A DNA stretch of 62,993 nt, the filler included, from Octopus bimaculoides (Eukaryota), in the NCBI RefSeq assembly GCF_001194135.2. It is 3 parts of 3 records of this genome, joined end to end, with 100 filler letters (N's around TTAATTAATTAA, not from the genome) between each part and the next. Parts side by side here need not be neighbours in the genome. Positions count along the whole stretch, not along the records: positions 1 to 31,872 come from NC_068990.1; 2 more parts are not named here. The stretch is one strand, 5' to 3'. Below, one piece after another: positions 1-12,660 of this stretch (positions are counted from its first letter, which is position 1; every line of letters starts with the position of its first letter). A model generated the notes under the pieces. That model was not told the DNA's origin. It was given only the letters and a program-made list of their open reading frames with translations, and did not search any database. The position numbers and the translations under genes are program-made.

Positions 1-114
1 GCGCATGTCTGCGCATCATCAACCACGGCATACCCAGCCCTCCATTTAGCGGCTGTGACAGCAAATGGATCGCCTAACCATCGGAACGCTTCCCTTCCAC
101 AAGAAGCGGAAGAG
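1..114. promoter_or_regulatory. CpG-rich promoter-like patch
   Basis: Several CpGs in ~110 bp of an otherwise CpG-poor segment; GCGCATG..TGCGCAT (NRF1-like half sites) and CGGAAG (ETS core). No linked exon identified. Confidence 0.25.
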
Positions 115-115
115 T

Positions 116-159
<44 letters not shown>

Positions 160-325
160 GCACAGACATGCCTGTGTGGTTAAGAAGTTTACATCCCAAT
201 TTTCCAGTCACCTGGTTTTTGATTCAGTCCCACTACATGGCACCTTTGGCTAATGCTTTCTATTACAGCCCCTGGTCACCCAAAACCTTGTGAGTGGATT
301 TGGTAGACAAAAGTTGAAAGAAGAT
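160..325 (+). mobile_element. tRNA-derived SINE head (octopus-type)
   Basis: GCCTGTGTGGTTAAGAAG...GATTCAGTCCCACT...CCTTGTGAGTGGATTTGGTAGAC; recurs at 6.7, 9.2, 12.2, 29.4, 31.6, 40.8 and 58.6 kb. Confidence 0.75.
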
Positions 326-700
326 TATTGCATATTGCATATACATATCTGAACTGAACTACAACTAATCTGCACATCCTCTAATAACTCACGGATGGTG
401 ATTCGCCGATTTCCCCTCATAGCTGCATGCACATCTGTGATGTTTTTTGCAGTTCTGCTGGTTGTGAGTCTCCCAGAAGTTTCGTCACTATTGACATTTT
501 CAACCATCTTGGAAATGTCTGAACCACTCATACACTTGTGTGCAGCTCATACACTCCTCTCCATACACTTTCTGCTCTGCATCTTTGGGTAGGCCTCTGA
601 GCAGGTATCACCATGACAACTTTCTTTCTCATGATCAATGCCACAACCACACACTACACACCCTCCTTCCAAGCACTGCTGTAAGTGAGCTAGAATGTTA
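326..700 (-). mobile_element. mariner-type transposase N-terminal (HTH) relic
   Basis: Frameshifted translation VYGEECMSCTQVYEWFRHFQDG and DETSGRLTTSRT..NITDV..MRGNRRITIRELLEDVQIS match the mariner HTH pattern. Confidence 0.75.
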
Positions 701-1086
701 AAACTTAGTGCACATGCACAGCAGAGTTTAAGGTCAATCTGTGTCAAGCGGCTTCACTCTGCATGCTTTAGCTTTGTTACTATGGCAACAATCCAGATAC
801 TTTTTGATCAGACCTTGTATACGCATTGTCATACAGATTAGTGAAAGAAGGAAGGACAGGGGGTGGGGAATAAAACAACACCATTTAAGGTCATTACCAC
901 TTTTAAGGATAAAAAAGACCTTCCAAACGTTGGAGAAGTAGGGACCAACTTGTGGGTAGGTGTGTGTGTATGTCCAATGAACGGGAACGTGAAACTCTGA
1001 GTAACAGCTTTTGTTATATTTCTGCTGCTTTTAAATAAAGTGTATTTAAACATACATATATACATACACACACACACACACACACA

Positions 1087-1166
<80 letters not shown>

Positions 1167-1349
1167 TGCAAACACAGAGACATTTGCACACACAAATATA
1201 TATTTCACTTGCTGGGTTTGGAGAAAGAGGCAAAACTTATTACCTTCTTTCAGACCCTTCTACACGTTTAGGAAATTGCTGATATGTTCCTCCTGAACTT
1301 TTGCAAGCCAATACCTGTGGGAGACATATATACATGCGTACGTGCATGC

Positions 1350-1380
<31 letters not shown>

Positions 1381-1465
1381 TGTATGTATGCATGTATGTA
1401 TGTATGAATGTGTGTGTGTATGTAAATGTGTGTGTATATATATGCTTGTGTATGTAATATATCGT

Positions 1466-1514
<49 letters not shown>

Positions 1515-1544
1515 TTACACATACATTTATACAATAATTTTCAT

Positions 1545-1690
1545 TTTCTTTCACTTCCCATTTTAGAAATCAACTTGCAGAGCTTTGGTCAGCAAGAGGC
1601 TACAGAAAAAAACATTTGCCCAAATGTCACACAGTTGCACTGAACCTGAAACCATGTGGTTTGGAAGCAAACCTCTTACCACACAGCAAC
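1545..1690 (-). mobile_element. SINE head
   Basis: Reverse complement of the 160-325 family (GTGTGGTAAGAGGTTTGCTTCC..CCACATGGTTTCAGGTTCAGT). Confidence 0.7.
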
Positions 1691-1705
1691 ATGGATATAT
1701 AATTT

Positions 1706-1928
1706 TTATTTCTTTAATTCCCACAGGGGGCTAAACATAGAGGGGACAAACAAAGGGATTAAGTCAATTACATTGACTCCAGTGTGTAAATGGTACTTAT
1801 TTAATCAACCCTGAAAGGATGAAAGGCAAAGTCGACCTTGGCGTAATTTGAACTCAGAATGTAATGGCAGACAAAATACCGCTAAGCATTTCACCTGGCA
1901 TGCTAACAATTCTGCCAGCTCACCGCCT
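1706..1928 (-). mobile_element. tRNA-derived SINE (second family)
   Basis: Minus strand AGGCGGTGAGCTGGCAGAATTGTTAGC...CTGAGTTCAAAT (A/B-box-like); recurs at 57.0, 57.9 and 60.2-60.7 kb. Confidence 0.7.
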
Positions 1929-2559
1929 AACACACACATATATAATACCTTTAAAATGGCACTATGTATATATTGAGTGAAAAAAAACCTTTCCTTTCTG
2001 TCATAATTAGTAAATCAGAACTTACACCATCTCTGAAGGTGATCACTTCTATAGAGTAATGAACTAATTAACACATTAGTCCAGTCACCTATATTGATAA
2101 CATGAAATAGAAAGTGTTAGACAGAGATAGAGAATCATTTATTGTAGACAGTTCTGTTCTGTACATGGCTGACAGCTGATTGTTCTACTTGCTACAGATA
2201 TCAGTTTTATCACTTAAAAATCACATGCTAGCTTCTTAAATAAAGGCTACATCGAACAAAAAATTTCCTGATATACAAGCAATAGGACTGTCATGACCGG
2301 AACATTTTACATTGTAGTTTTGTTTGATTACCGTTGTTCCTGGAATATACAATGACAATAAGCTAATGAGAGAGACCTCCATGCTGGTGTTTGATGTACT
2401 AGGTATAGCAACCAAATTTCCTTCAAATCATGTCCAAGGTTTTACAATTTGGAAGATTACAGTGAGAAGCGTATGTCAAAAGGAACTGCTAGATGAGATT
2501 ATATGTGTCTGTATGTATGCATGCATGTGTATATATATATATATATGTATATGTAAAGG

Positions 2560-2870
2560 CATATGGACCAGTAGTTAGGGTGTTGGACCTAGGATTGCAA
2601 GATCATGGTTTTGATTCTTGGACAAGGTGGTGCATTGTGTTCTTGAGCCAAATACTTCCTTTTATGCTACTCTGTGATCATTTTGACATCTGACGTGTGG
2701 CACATCATGCACTTGTACAAGCAATGTTGATTTGATGGAGGAAGTGAGCTAATGTACAGCACAACCATTTAATCGCTATAAACAAATTATCAGTGAAGGT
2801 TGTTCAAAATGAAATTACAGAACCTTCATCTGTCATTAATGGCAGGAGGGTCTACCATCTAAGTATGTAT
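2560..2870 (+). mobile_element. tRNA-derived SINE with V-domain-like core
   Basis: GGCATATGGACCAGTAGTTAGGGTG...TGTGTTCTTGAGCCAAATACTT; related to the 15.7 and 42.6 kb copies. Confidence 0.6.
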
Positions 2871-2997
2871 GTACATGGTGCATCAGCTGTTTGAGAATAA
2901 AATCTTAATTTTAGGAAAACAAATATATATATTTTCATCATGTTGAACTGTTCATCTCCACACATTTTTTTCTCTCTTCAGTTTTTCCCCCTCATCC

Positions 2998-3033
2998 CTT
3001 TCTGTCGAAGAGCATAGGCTTGAAACATCAAAG
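2998..3033 (+). ncRNA. degenerate minimal hammerhead-ribozyme-like motif
   Basis: CTTT-CTGTCGA-A-GAGC-ATAG-GCTT-GAAAC-ATC-AAAG: 4-bp stem I and 4-bp stem II in type I order; core departs from CUGANGA at position 6 and stem III is ACAUC rather than ACGUC. Confidence 0.4.
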
Positions 3034-3338
3034 ACTTTTCCATTCTTTCTCAGCATCAAACTAATACATCTGCCTGTCATTCCCTCACCTGTCTTTGTCT
3101 TTTGTTTTCTGTAAATTTGGAGTATATATATATATGTATATGTTTCTGGTTATAACCAGAAATGGCTTTGACAAAAGTATCATTAGTTTTTTAGGTTATT
3201 CAATTTTTCTTAACTGATCAATAGACTGATTGAGTAAACCAGTCAGTAACATACCTATAATAACTACTGGAAACAGCCAAGTTTGCTTGAATAAAGGAAA
3301 AATATGCAATGACCATTATTTATTTCTTGCCTTATATA

Positions 3339-4569
3339 CAGGGTCTAAAAAATATTTGAGGACAGATTTATTTTTATAAAAAAAAACCCAGATATATAAT
3401 AACAGAAAATAAATCTTCTTTTCATTAACATTATTCAATAAAGCCACCTTCAGCTTCAATAACTGCTTCTATATGAGATCTAAATCATCTACATGCTCAA
3501 ATCAAGTGGTTCCGGTTCATTCTAGACATTACTCTGACTATGATGGCTTTCAAAGAATCTTTGATATTATGGGCGTGTTCATTGACCTCTCTCTCAACAA
3601 CATATCACATGTAATAGTCCAACGGATTGAGAACTGGGGAATTAGGAAGCCAAATGTTAAGAGTTATGTGATCATGAACATTTTCAGCCATCCATCCCTG
3701 TGAAACTAGAGCCGTGTGTGATAGTGCAGAGTCTTACTGAAACACATTTGGCCTTCCATTGCATACACTGTCTCTCCAGGGCTTAACAATTGTTTTCAAG
3801 ACCTCAATGTAGGTGGCACAGTTAACTCTAAGGCCTCGTAGAAAGAAGTAAGGAGGTATCACATGTCCTTCATTGCTGACAACCCCTACAGCCAGAGCAG
3901 TTGCAGAAAATTTTGTATGCATAGCACTTGAAACTTCAGAAGGGTCTGCACATAACCACCTTCCATTTGTTCTATTAACTTTTTGATCTTGGTCGAAGTT
4001 TTTCTCGTTTGAGGAAAACCAAATCAAATCTTCTGATGGATTTTTCAGTTTATTTAAGAGCCTTTTTGATCTGATGTAGTGATTTTCTTTTGCTTTTTCT
4101 AACATAAATTGACTTTTCCTCATCATATAAGACTTATATCTGATGTCTTCGTGGACAACATTTCTGACTGTTCTTTCTGACAAACGGAGATCTTTTGCAA
4201 TTGACCTCATGGACTTTCTAGGATTGTAATCAATGGTCTGTTAAATTTGCTGGATAAATTCAAGTGATCTGATGATTTCAGAGCATTTAGAATGCTTTTT
4301 ATGCTTTGATATTGGTGATACATTTCCATCTCCAGTCTCTAACTCCTTACGAACTTTATAGACGAAAGATCTGGCAACTTTTAAAAATTGAGATACTTCT
4401 AAATTGCTATGATCAGCCTTTATAACCACAATAAGAGCAAGCCTCTTCATTTCTTGAGTAAGCTGATGGCCTGCCATTATCATTTTCTGAAACAAAGATT
4501 ATACAGAGTTAGCAAAATATGTAGCAATGACCAGAAAAAGGTATGTCCTCAAATACTTTATGCACCCTG
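3339..4569 (-). mobile_element. full-length Tc1/mariner-superfamily transposon, maT (DD37D)-like, pseudogenised
   Basis: Imperfect ~28-bp TIRs (CAGGGT...TATTTGAGGACA), TA on both sides, 1231 bp; ORF pieces 4241-4495 and 3734-4210 with IWFSSNEKNF, HTKF, GLRVN..Y.EVL..IVKPW..VFQ. Confidence 0.9.
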
Positions 4570-4737
4570 TATATATACATNNNNNNNNNNNNNNNNNNNN
4601 NNNNNNNNNNNNNNNNNNNNNNNNNNNNNNNNNNNNNNNNNNNNNNNNNNNNNNNNNNNNNNNNNNNNNNNNNNNNNNNNNNNNNNNNNNNNNNNNNNNN
4701 NNNNNNNNNNNNNNNNNATATATATATATATATATAA

Positions 4738-5350
4738 ATGGTGGCTGTCTACTCCTTATGCGGAGTTGGACCACCTCCTGTACCAACACCTTAGATCCAT
4801 CATAGCATCTGATGTGACTTTTTAAACCAGACAATGTTTTGAAAAGACACCCATATAGATTGCATATCCAATTTGGACCACCAAGAACTGCAGTTAAGTT
4901 CTGATCTTTGTGAATTTTAAAATGTCTTTTGAGGCCTTTGTTGGATTTGCAGACCTTATGGCATACATGGTATTGAAAGGTGTGCACAGACATGTAGGCA
5001 GAATGGTTGGTAGATGTTCGTTTTATATGGGTCTGCAAATAAGATTTGAGCTCAGCAAAAGAAAAGCATGGTCTACCACAAACTGTACACACAAAAAGGT
5101 CATTGTGATTCACCTTTTCAATCGTAACGCTCTTCTTTAAATCTCTCTTGTGTCTTGCATGCATTATGACGGCTCTTCAAACACTTTCACTCCACTCCAC
5201 ACTTTTGTTCACCATCCAACTCGATCCAAAGCAAGGGTTTCTATGCCCTCTGGATTCATTCCAAGTGACTTCATATGTCGAATCGGTCTTGAGTGCTACT
5301 GGTAACATGTAATCTAGTACAACCTGTTGCATGGTTGGGTCGTCTGCAAC
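4738..5350 (-). mobile_element. RTE-type LINE 3' end with three C2H2-like fingers (copy 1)
   Basis: ETLALDRVGW..KVWSGVKVFEE (RTE C-terminus), then CTVC..LKSYLQTH, HVCHKVCKSNKGLKRHFKIH, CNLYGCLFKTLSGLKSHIR; ends in a TA tract. Confidence 0.8.
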
Positions 5351-6721
5351 TAAACGGGTAACCCCATCAGTTTATATATATATATATATATNNNNNNNNN
5401 NNNNNNNNNNNNNNNNNNNNNNNNNNNNNNNNNNNNNNNNNNNNNNNNNNNNNNNNNNNNNNNNNNNNNNNNNNNNNNNNNNNNNNNNNNNNNNNNNNNN
5501 NNNNNNNNNNNNNNNNNNNNNNNNNNNNNNNNNNNNNNNNNNNNNNNNNNNNNNNNNNNNNNNNNNNNNNNNNNNNNNNNNNNNNNNNNNNNNNNNNNNN
5601 NNNNNNNNNNNNNNNNNNNNNNNNNNNNNNNNNNNNNNNNNNNNNNNNNNNNNNNNNNNNNNNNNNNNNNNNNNNNNNNNNNNNNNNNNNNNNNNNNNNN
5701 NNNNNNNNNNNNNNNNNNNNNNNNNNNNNNNNNNNNNNNNNNNNNNNNNNNNNNNNNNNNNNNNNNNNNNNNNNNNNNNNNNNNNNNNNNNNNNNNNNNN
5801 NNNNNNNNNNNNNNNNNNNNNNNNNNNNNNNNNNNNNNNNNNNNNNNNNNNNNNNNNNNNNNNNNNNNNNNNNNNNNNNNNNNNNNNNNNNNNNNNNNNN
5901 NNNNNNNNNNNNNNNNNNNNNNNNNNNNNNNNNNNNNNNNNNNNNNNNNNNNNNNNNNNNNNNNNNNNNNNNNNNNNNNNNNNNNNNNNNNNNNNNNNNN
6001 NNNNNNNNNNNNNNNNNNNNNNNNNNNNNNNNNNNNNNNNNNNNNNNNNNNNNNNNNNNNNNNNNNNNNNNNNNNNNNNNNNNNNNNNNNNNNNNNNNNN
6101 NNNNNNNNNNNNNNNNNNNNNNNNNNNNNNNNNNNNNNNNNNNNNNNNNNNNNNNNNNNNNNNNNNNNNNNNNNNNNNNNNNNNNNNNNNNNNNNNNNNN
6201 NNNNNNNNNNNNNNNNNNNNNNNNNNNNNNNNNNNNNNNNNNNNNNNNNNNNNNNNNNNNNNNNNNNNNNNNNNNNNNNNNNNNNNNNNNNNNNNNNNNN
6301 NNNNNNNNNNNNNNNNNNNNNNNNNNNNNNNNNTGTAATTCAACGGTACAGATTTCTGCAATGTGGTGCATAAATTGTCAAGTAAATGAGACGCATCTTT
6401 GGCTCCACTGATTCACTTGCAAAGTGTTGAGTAAAATTATTTCGTTGCAGACCTCCTTTGGGTCTTTTTATTATCACTGCGACACACATAGTCCCCAGTT
6501 GGTAACATTGATTTCAAGGCCCTCCTAGATGAGAGACTGGCATTCCACTTAATGTCTATGTTCCATGCTGGCATGGATTGGAGAGTTATTAATGTAGAAA
6601 TATGGTATCGTAGCTACTAACAGTTGAGGGTTGTGTAGTCTAGACGGCGTTTTTAGATTTCATTATTCTCTTTAACCCGGGCAAAGCCGGGTATTTCTGC
6701 TAGTATATATATATACATATA

Positions 6722-7080
6722 TAGGTACAGGTGTGACTGTGTGGTAAGAAGCTTGCCACATGGCTCTGGGTCCAATCCCACTGTGTGACATCGTGGGCAA
6801 GTGTCTTATACCATAGCCTCGGGCCTACCAAAGCCTTATGGGTGGATTTGGTCGATAGAAACTGAAAGAAGCCTGTTGTATAAGTATGTAAGTGTGCGTG
6901 TGTGCATGTATCTGTGTGTCTGTGTTTGTCCCCCCACCACTGCTTAACAACCAGTGTTGGTGTGTTTATATTCCCTATACCTTAGCAGTTCAGCAAAAGA
7001 GACAGATAAAATAAGTACCACCAAGCTTTAAAAAAAATAAAGTACTAAAGTCAATTCATTCAGCTAAAAATTCTTCAGCG
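6722..7080 (+). mobile_element. SINE (head + microsatellite + tail)
   Basis: Head of the 160-325 family, followed by GT-rich repeat and tail CAACCAGTGTTGGTGTGTTT...TTAGCAGTTCAGCAAAAGAG. Confidence 0.8.
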
Positions 7081-7099
7081 AAACCAATTTGTTTTTTTA

Positions 7100-7735
7100 A
7101 AGAACTTAGTACTCATATTCTCACATAGACATAGCAGAAGACAGTTCAATAAAACTGCCATCAGCCTTGATTTCTGTCTCAAGACTGCTTCTAAAACTAC
7201 TAAATGCATTGGTCAGAAAATCTTTATTCATGTTGGCTATAACATTCCAAATAGGAGATAGCAATGAGTCGTTGGTATTGTGAGCATGCTTGTTGGTTTC
7301 TCTCACAACGATGGGATTTTAAATCAGGTGAGCTAGGAGGCCAAACGATAGGGGTAACATGATTATGAAAACTTTTGAACACCCACTCCGGGGTCATGTA
7401 GGCTGTGTGAGCATATACAATCTCCCCTGAGCAACTCTCTCAATCCAGGGCTCAACAATCATCTCCATTGTCTTCACCCAGACTCCCTCTTTAACCCTAA
7501 GACCTTGTGGGAAAATGGGGAGGAATGACATAACTGGGTCGTGTAGGCTGTGTGAGAGGGAGCATAGTCTTGCTGGAGCATGTATGGTCTTCCCTGAGCA
7601 ACTCTCTCGATCTGGGGCTTGATAATTAGCTCCATTGTCTTCACATAGACTCCCTCTTTGATCCTAAGATCTTGTGGGAAAATGAGGAGGCATGACATAG
7701 CTGTCATTGCTTATGACCCCACAAGACCACAAGAA
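7100..7735 (-). mobile_element. maT-like transposase C-terminal relic with internal tandem duplication
   Basis: KPQIERVAQGRPYMLQQDYAPSHTA and WPPSSPDL motifs; a ~150-bp segment occurs twice (~7371-7525 and ~7535-7700). Confidence 0.75.
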
Positions 7736-7739
7736 CTTG

Positions 7740-8330
7740 GCATGCATAATGGTAGAGACTTCAGTGGGACTGGCACAGAGCCCTCTATCATTCCTCTTAT
7801 TCTCTTTTCGATTTTGGACATAAGAATCAGAGCATGTTGGGCTCTTGAAGGTGCTTGAGTTTTTCTGTAAGTACTTCAACTAGATCATACAGTTCTTGCA
7901 AGTCTTACTGGGCATGCACTGCTCCCTTCTTATAACAGAATTTGTACCAGATGCCTTCGTGTACCACACATCTAACTGTTGACTACAATACATGGCCCTC
8001 ATTCATTTGTCATGATTCTTGTTGATGATACCCTGGACTTGCTGTATAAACTTGATTTTTCTGACCATCAAGAACGTTTTTCCTTTGGGCTAAAGAAAAC
8101 ACATTCCTACCTGAGGCCAGGAGTTCTCTATTGAGTTTTAATGAGAAGTAGGGGTCCTTCTCTCTCAATGATCAGGAGTTTAATACTTCCAGCTGTTGGA
8201 TGGCTGTTGACTCTATTGAGTTCATCCACCCTTTGACAGGTTTTGTTTTATGCCGTGCAGGGTAACAAAAACCACCCTTCTTACCAAGTAGTTCATGTGA
8301 TCAGTGTAGTCATGTCTGTAACCCTTAACA
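7740..8330 (-). mobile_element. degenerate LINE (probable RTE) 5' region
   Basis: Resembles RTE 5' UTR/ORF start by eye; no clean motif. Confidence 0.3.
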
Positions 8331-8400
8331 TGTTAATGCTGGTTGAAACAAACTCTCTTATACAATTTTGCTCACTCTAAGGCTGTCTGCTCAAAGGTGT

Positions 8401-8462
<62 letters not shown>

Positions 8463-9244
8463 GCACACACACACACATATATATGTATAGACATACACAT
8501 ATATATGTATATGCATACATTTATGTATACACACACATTCACATACACACATATACACTCATACACACATGCATATGTATATAAATATATATGTGTGTAT
8601 ATGCGTGTAGACTATAAATCTTTAAGCTTTTCTGTATCTTGAAACTAATAACTATTTATAGCTTAAGTTCGATATATTTTTTTTATTTATTTATATCAAA
8701 AAATAATTACACATATTTTCTGATGACGTTCTCTTGTTTTGCTTATTATGTTTGCTAGGTGTTACCTATTTTAAACATCTACTAATTAGCTAATTGCACA
8801 TTTTAATAAATCCTGTTGCTTCATGCTGTTAAGCTATTTTAATCAGTAAACTAAATATACATCATATAATGTATATTTCATATGAGATATTTGGTGTGAT
8901 ATATGTCTAATTAATTAATTAATCTCCTGAGTGATGGTTTGGTAGAATCGATTGAATGTCAGAGAAAATGTCTTGAAGCAATTAGTCATGATTCTTTCCT
9001 TTCTGATTTCAAATTCCAATGGGGGTAACTTTGTCTTTAATCTTCCTGTGATCGATAAAATATATTGGGTCATTCTGAGGGCAATAAATCAATTATACCG
9101 CTCCATTTGCACCAAAATAAATAACAAAGAAAACGAATGTGGTTTTATGTTTCAATGTTAGAAAACAATAAACTCCAGAATAGGCAATGTTGGATAAAAA
9201 ATGCCTTGTGACATTTAGTTACTTTGTTTTTTTCCCCCCTTTTA

Positions 9245-9446
9245 ACATTAGGTGTAGGCTTGGCTATGTGGTTAAGAAGTTCTCTTTGCAAGCAAATAGT
9301 TTTTAGCTTCAGTCCCTCTGCATGGCACCTTGAGCACACATCGTCTATTATAGACCCCAGGCTGACAAATGCCTTGTGATTGAATTTGGAGGATGGGAAC
9401 TGGGTGGAAGCCCACCATATCTATCTATCTGTCTGTTTAAATTTAT

Positions 9447-9486
<40 letters not shown>

Positions 9487-9770
9487 GTATATATTTATGC
9501 GTACACTAACACATATGCATATGTGTGTGTGTGTGTGTGTGTGCTTTTGTTTTTTCCTCTCTCTACTACCATCACCACAATCACTTGACAAGTGATGTTG
9601 TTTGTTTAGGTCCCTGTAATTTAGCATTTCAGGAAAAGTGACTAACAGAATAAGTAAAAATTAAAACTTAAAAGATAAATAAGTACTGGGGTTGAATTGT
9701 TCAGCTAAACTTTTCAAGGTGGTGACCCAGCATGGGTGCAGTTCAAAAAAGGAAGAAAGTGAAAGATAAA
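9245..9770 (+). mobile_element. SINE (head + microsatellite + tail)
   Basis: Same head and tail as 6722-7080. Confidence 0.75.
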
Positions 9771-10279
9771 AGATTATGAGCTCGAATTTCACTGAGACCA
9801 GCTTTGCCTTTCATTGATAAAATAAGTACCAGTTAAATAGTGATAAAATAAGTACCAGTTTCATAGTGGTATGATTAATCATATTCTATCTGTGACAAAT
9901 GACCCTTGGTGATTATTTAAACACATAAACTATATTATTGCCTTAAAAATTTCATAGCACAAACACAAAGGTTTCTTGTTTTATGAAGTTGAGACAGACA
10001 AGGTCAGTTCGATCACGTCACCAGCCAGGGCACTCAGGATGTAAATAGCTGGAACAAATATTGCAAAAATGTTATCCAATGCTTTAAATATTCTATCAAT
10101 TGGGCTGGTGCATTATTACACTGACCTTGGAATGAATAAAGGCAAAGTTGTTTTTGGTGGGATTTGAACTCAGAATGTAAAGAGTCATTTTGTCAGATAC
10201 TCTAACAATTTTTCCAATTTGTCATTTTTTCATCTCTATACACCTTCCAAATCTTTAGCTCTGTGCCCATTTTCATCAT

Positions 10280-10545
10280 CTTCATTGCAACTACAGTCAA
10301 ACATTCCTGACAAAGTCTCTCCACAATTCATGATTTTCCATTACTCCTGGCAACAGCTCCTTACTGAGGATTGTATCATCTGAGAGTTGATCGATGAATG
10401 TTCGAGCAGGTCTTCCTCTACTGTGTGACCTGTGAGCTGGTTCCAACAATAGTAGCTTGTGTGTAACTTCCTGCATATTTCTCTAGTGGCACCATGCAAA
10501 TCATAACCCTCTTTGAGCAATTGTAGTTGTTATCTTGGGCAAGTT
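10280..10545 (-). mobile_element. RTE-type LINE 3' end
   Basis: KLLLLEPAHRSHSRGRPARTFIDQLSDDT...MENHELWRDFV fits the RTE C-terminal W.P..G.R.RGRP..T..D...R..WR pattern. Confidence 0.75.
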
Positions 10546-11162
10546 TCTGCATAAACTTTCATTTGTAATACATTGATGCCAATGTTAGGAATGAGTATAT
10601 GATAAACTGGAGGACAATTTGGTTCTTTTGAATGAGATATTTGGTGTTGCATTAGTAAATTTTACTTTCTGAGTTCAAATACTATTGAAGTTAGTTTTTG
10701 CCTTTCATCCTTCCAGATTGAATAAAGTCAAGTGGTAGCTGAGATTTAATCCCCTACACCTTTCCCTCATAACATGTGGCCTTGTGCCAATGTCACAAAA
10801 CATTGAAATTAACGTACTTGTAGAAACTAGCTGCCCTCTGGACCATTGTTAAAGAGTTTTCAAATCTAGCACCCAAGATACTCTTTCAGCTTTATACTTA
10901 TCATTATTGGATCAACAGGGGACATACCAACCTGTCTGGAGCAAAGTAAAGCTAAACTTGGGATCTTGGGGAGAGAATCCAAATTCTTAGTTGATATGCT
11001 ACAAATGATGATGATATCAAGGAATATAAAAATCTGCAAGATTGTATTAAGATTTAAAGGGTGATGAGCAAAACAAGATGCTTTCCTTCATAACCTTACT
11101 ACCAAGTAGGTGACCAGTCAAAATTTACTCTAAATTAGAAAAACAAAGAGAAGTATATATAT

Positions 11163-11475
11163 CATCATCATCGTTTTACGTCCATTTTCCATGCTGGCAG
11201 GGGTTGGATGGTTTGACTGAGGTCTGGAAAGTCAGCGGCTGAGCCAGGCTCAAATCTGATCTGGCAATGTTTCTACAGCTGGATGCCCTTCCTAATGCCA
11301 TCCACTCCGATAATGTAGTGGGTGCTTTTTATGTACCACTGGCACAGGAGCCAGTCAGGCAGCCCTGGCATCAATTACGTTCGGATGGTGCTTTTTACAT
11401 GCCAATGGCATGGAAGCCAGTGAGGGGCACTGGCATTGACCACAATCGGTTGGTGCATTTTACGTGCCACCAGTA
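11163..11475 (-). mobile_element. SINE with (GAT)n tail
   Basis: Plus strand CATCATCGTTTTACGTCCATTTTCCATGCTGGC...TTTCTACAGCTGGATGCCCTTCCTAATGCC; recurs at 17.0-17.8, 23.7 and 45.2 kb. Confidence 0.8.
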
Positions 11476-12237
11476 GAGGACAAAATTCCTTCAAACGGAT
11501 GTTAAACATCCAAGTCTGCCAGTTCAATCCAAAGCAAAGAATATATAAATTGTTTGAAATCATATCATCAACTTTGAATTATTGTAATGATTATGTTCTA
11601 GTGGATTATATATTGGTTTTTAATTCTTTAATTAGTTAACTCAATAATTCTTAGTAGTTAATAGTTTATTTTTTTTTATTAACGTGTCTTTAGTATAGAG
11701 AATAATTGTAAATGTCATTTACAAGTATTTATATATTGTGAATTGTCACTTGAATTAACGCTAAAGTGGATTTATATATTTTTTCTGTTTTCGATTGGTC
11801 TGGCGTTCGGTTAATTTCTTTCTATCATAATTTAATTGTTTACTCTTTTCTGGGCTATTGTATAGGTCTTTATATTTTTGTTGGTAGAACCTATTCATTC
11901 CAATATTGAATTCCTGATGGAAAGCCTAATTTATGATTTCAAAAGGATTATATTTCGTTTTGTTTTGAATTAATTAGGCTTGGAAGCAACTTGTATTTTC
12001 TAATTTTTTTTTGGATATATGTAAATGTGTACACTTCTATTTTTCCTTTCCTTATTATACTTTAAATATATATATATATAGATTGATAAATAGATAGATA
12101 GATAGATATAGATTGATGAATAGATAGATAGATATAGATATGTGTGTGTGTGAGTGAGTGTGTGTGTGTGTGTGTGTAGTAAAATGAGGATTCTGATGGA
12201 ATCAGGTACTGGAAAAGTTATGCACCAGGTAGGATTG

Positions 12238-12660
12238 GGTAATGTGTGTGTGAACCATATGGTTCCAGGTTCAGTCCCACTACGTGACCCCTTGGGCAAG
12301 TGTTTTCTACTATAGCCTTGGTCCAACCAAAGCCTTGTGAGTGGATTTGGCAGGTGGAAACTGAAAGAAATCCTTTGTATCTACCTATCTGTCTGTCTGT
12401 CTGTCTGCTTGTATGTCTGTCTATCTATCTATCAACATACGTAAGTCTGTGTGTGTGTGTTTGTTTTCTAGTACCGCCTGACAACCAGTATAGGTGTGTT
12501 TACCCCCACCCTCCGTAACTTACCTGTTCGGCAAAAGACACCGATAGAATAAGTTCCAGGCTTTACTAAAAAATAAGTCCTGGGGTCGGTTTATTCGACA
12601 AAAATTTTTCCAGGTCGTTCCCCGGTATGGTTGCAATCTAATGACTGAACAAAAGGATAA
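12238..12660 (+). mobile_element. SINE (head + microsatellite + tail), CpGs retained
   Basis: Same family as 6722-7080. Confidence 0.8.

Noticed and set aside
1255-1295. Minus-strand GGAA...TTCC-TAAACGT as another hammerhead
   Set aside because: Both core halves are too degenerate and there is no stem I.
4499-5164. 221-aa C2H2 ORF as a host zinc-finger gene
   Set aside because: Preceded by an RTE C-terminus, multicopy in the window, has degenerate ligands, and runs into a gap.
8907-9075. Minus-strand 52-aa ORF (MTQYILSITGRLKTKLPPLEFEIRK...) after an AG
   Set aside because: No recognisable homology and no convincing donor.
11480-11995. AT-rich stretch with LCFGLNW, reminiscent of Penelope N-terminal GLNF
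   Set aside because: A single weak motif amid many stops.
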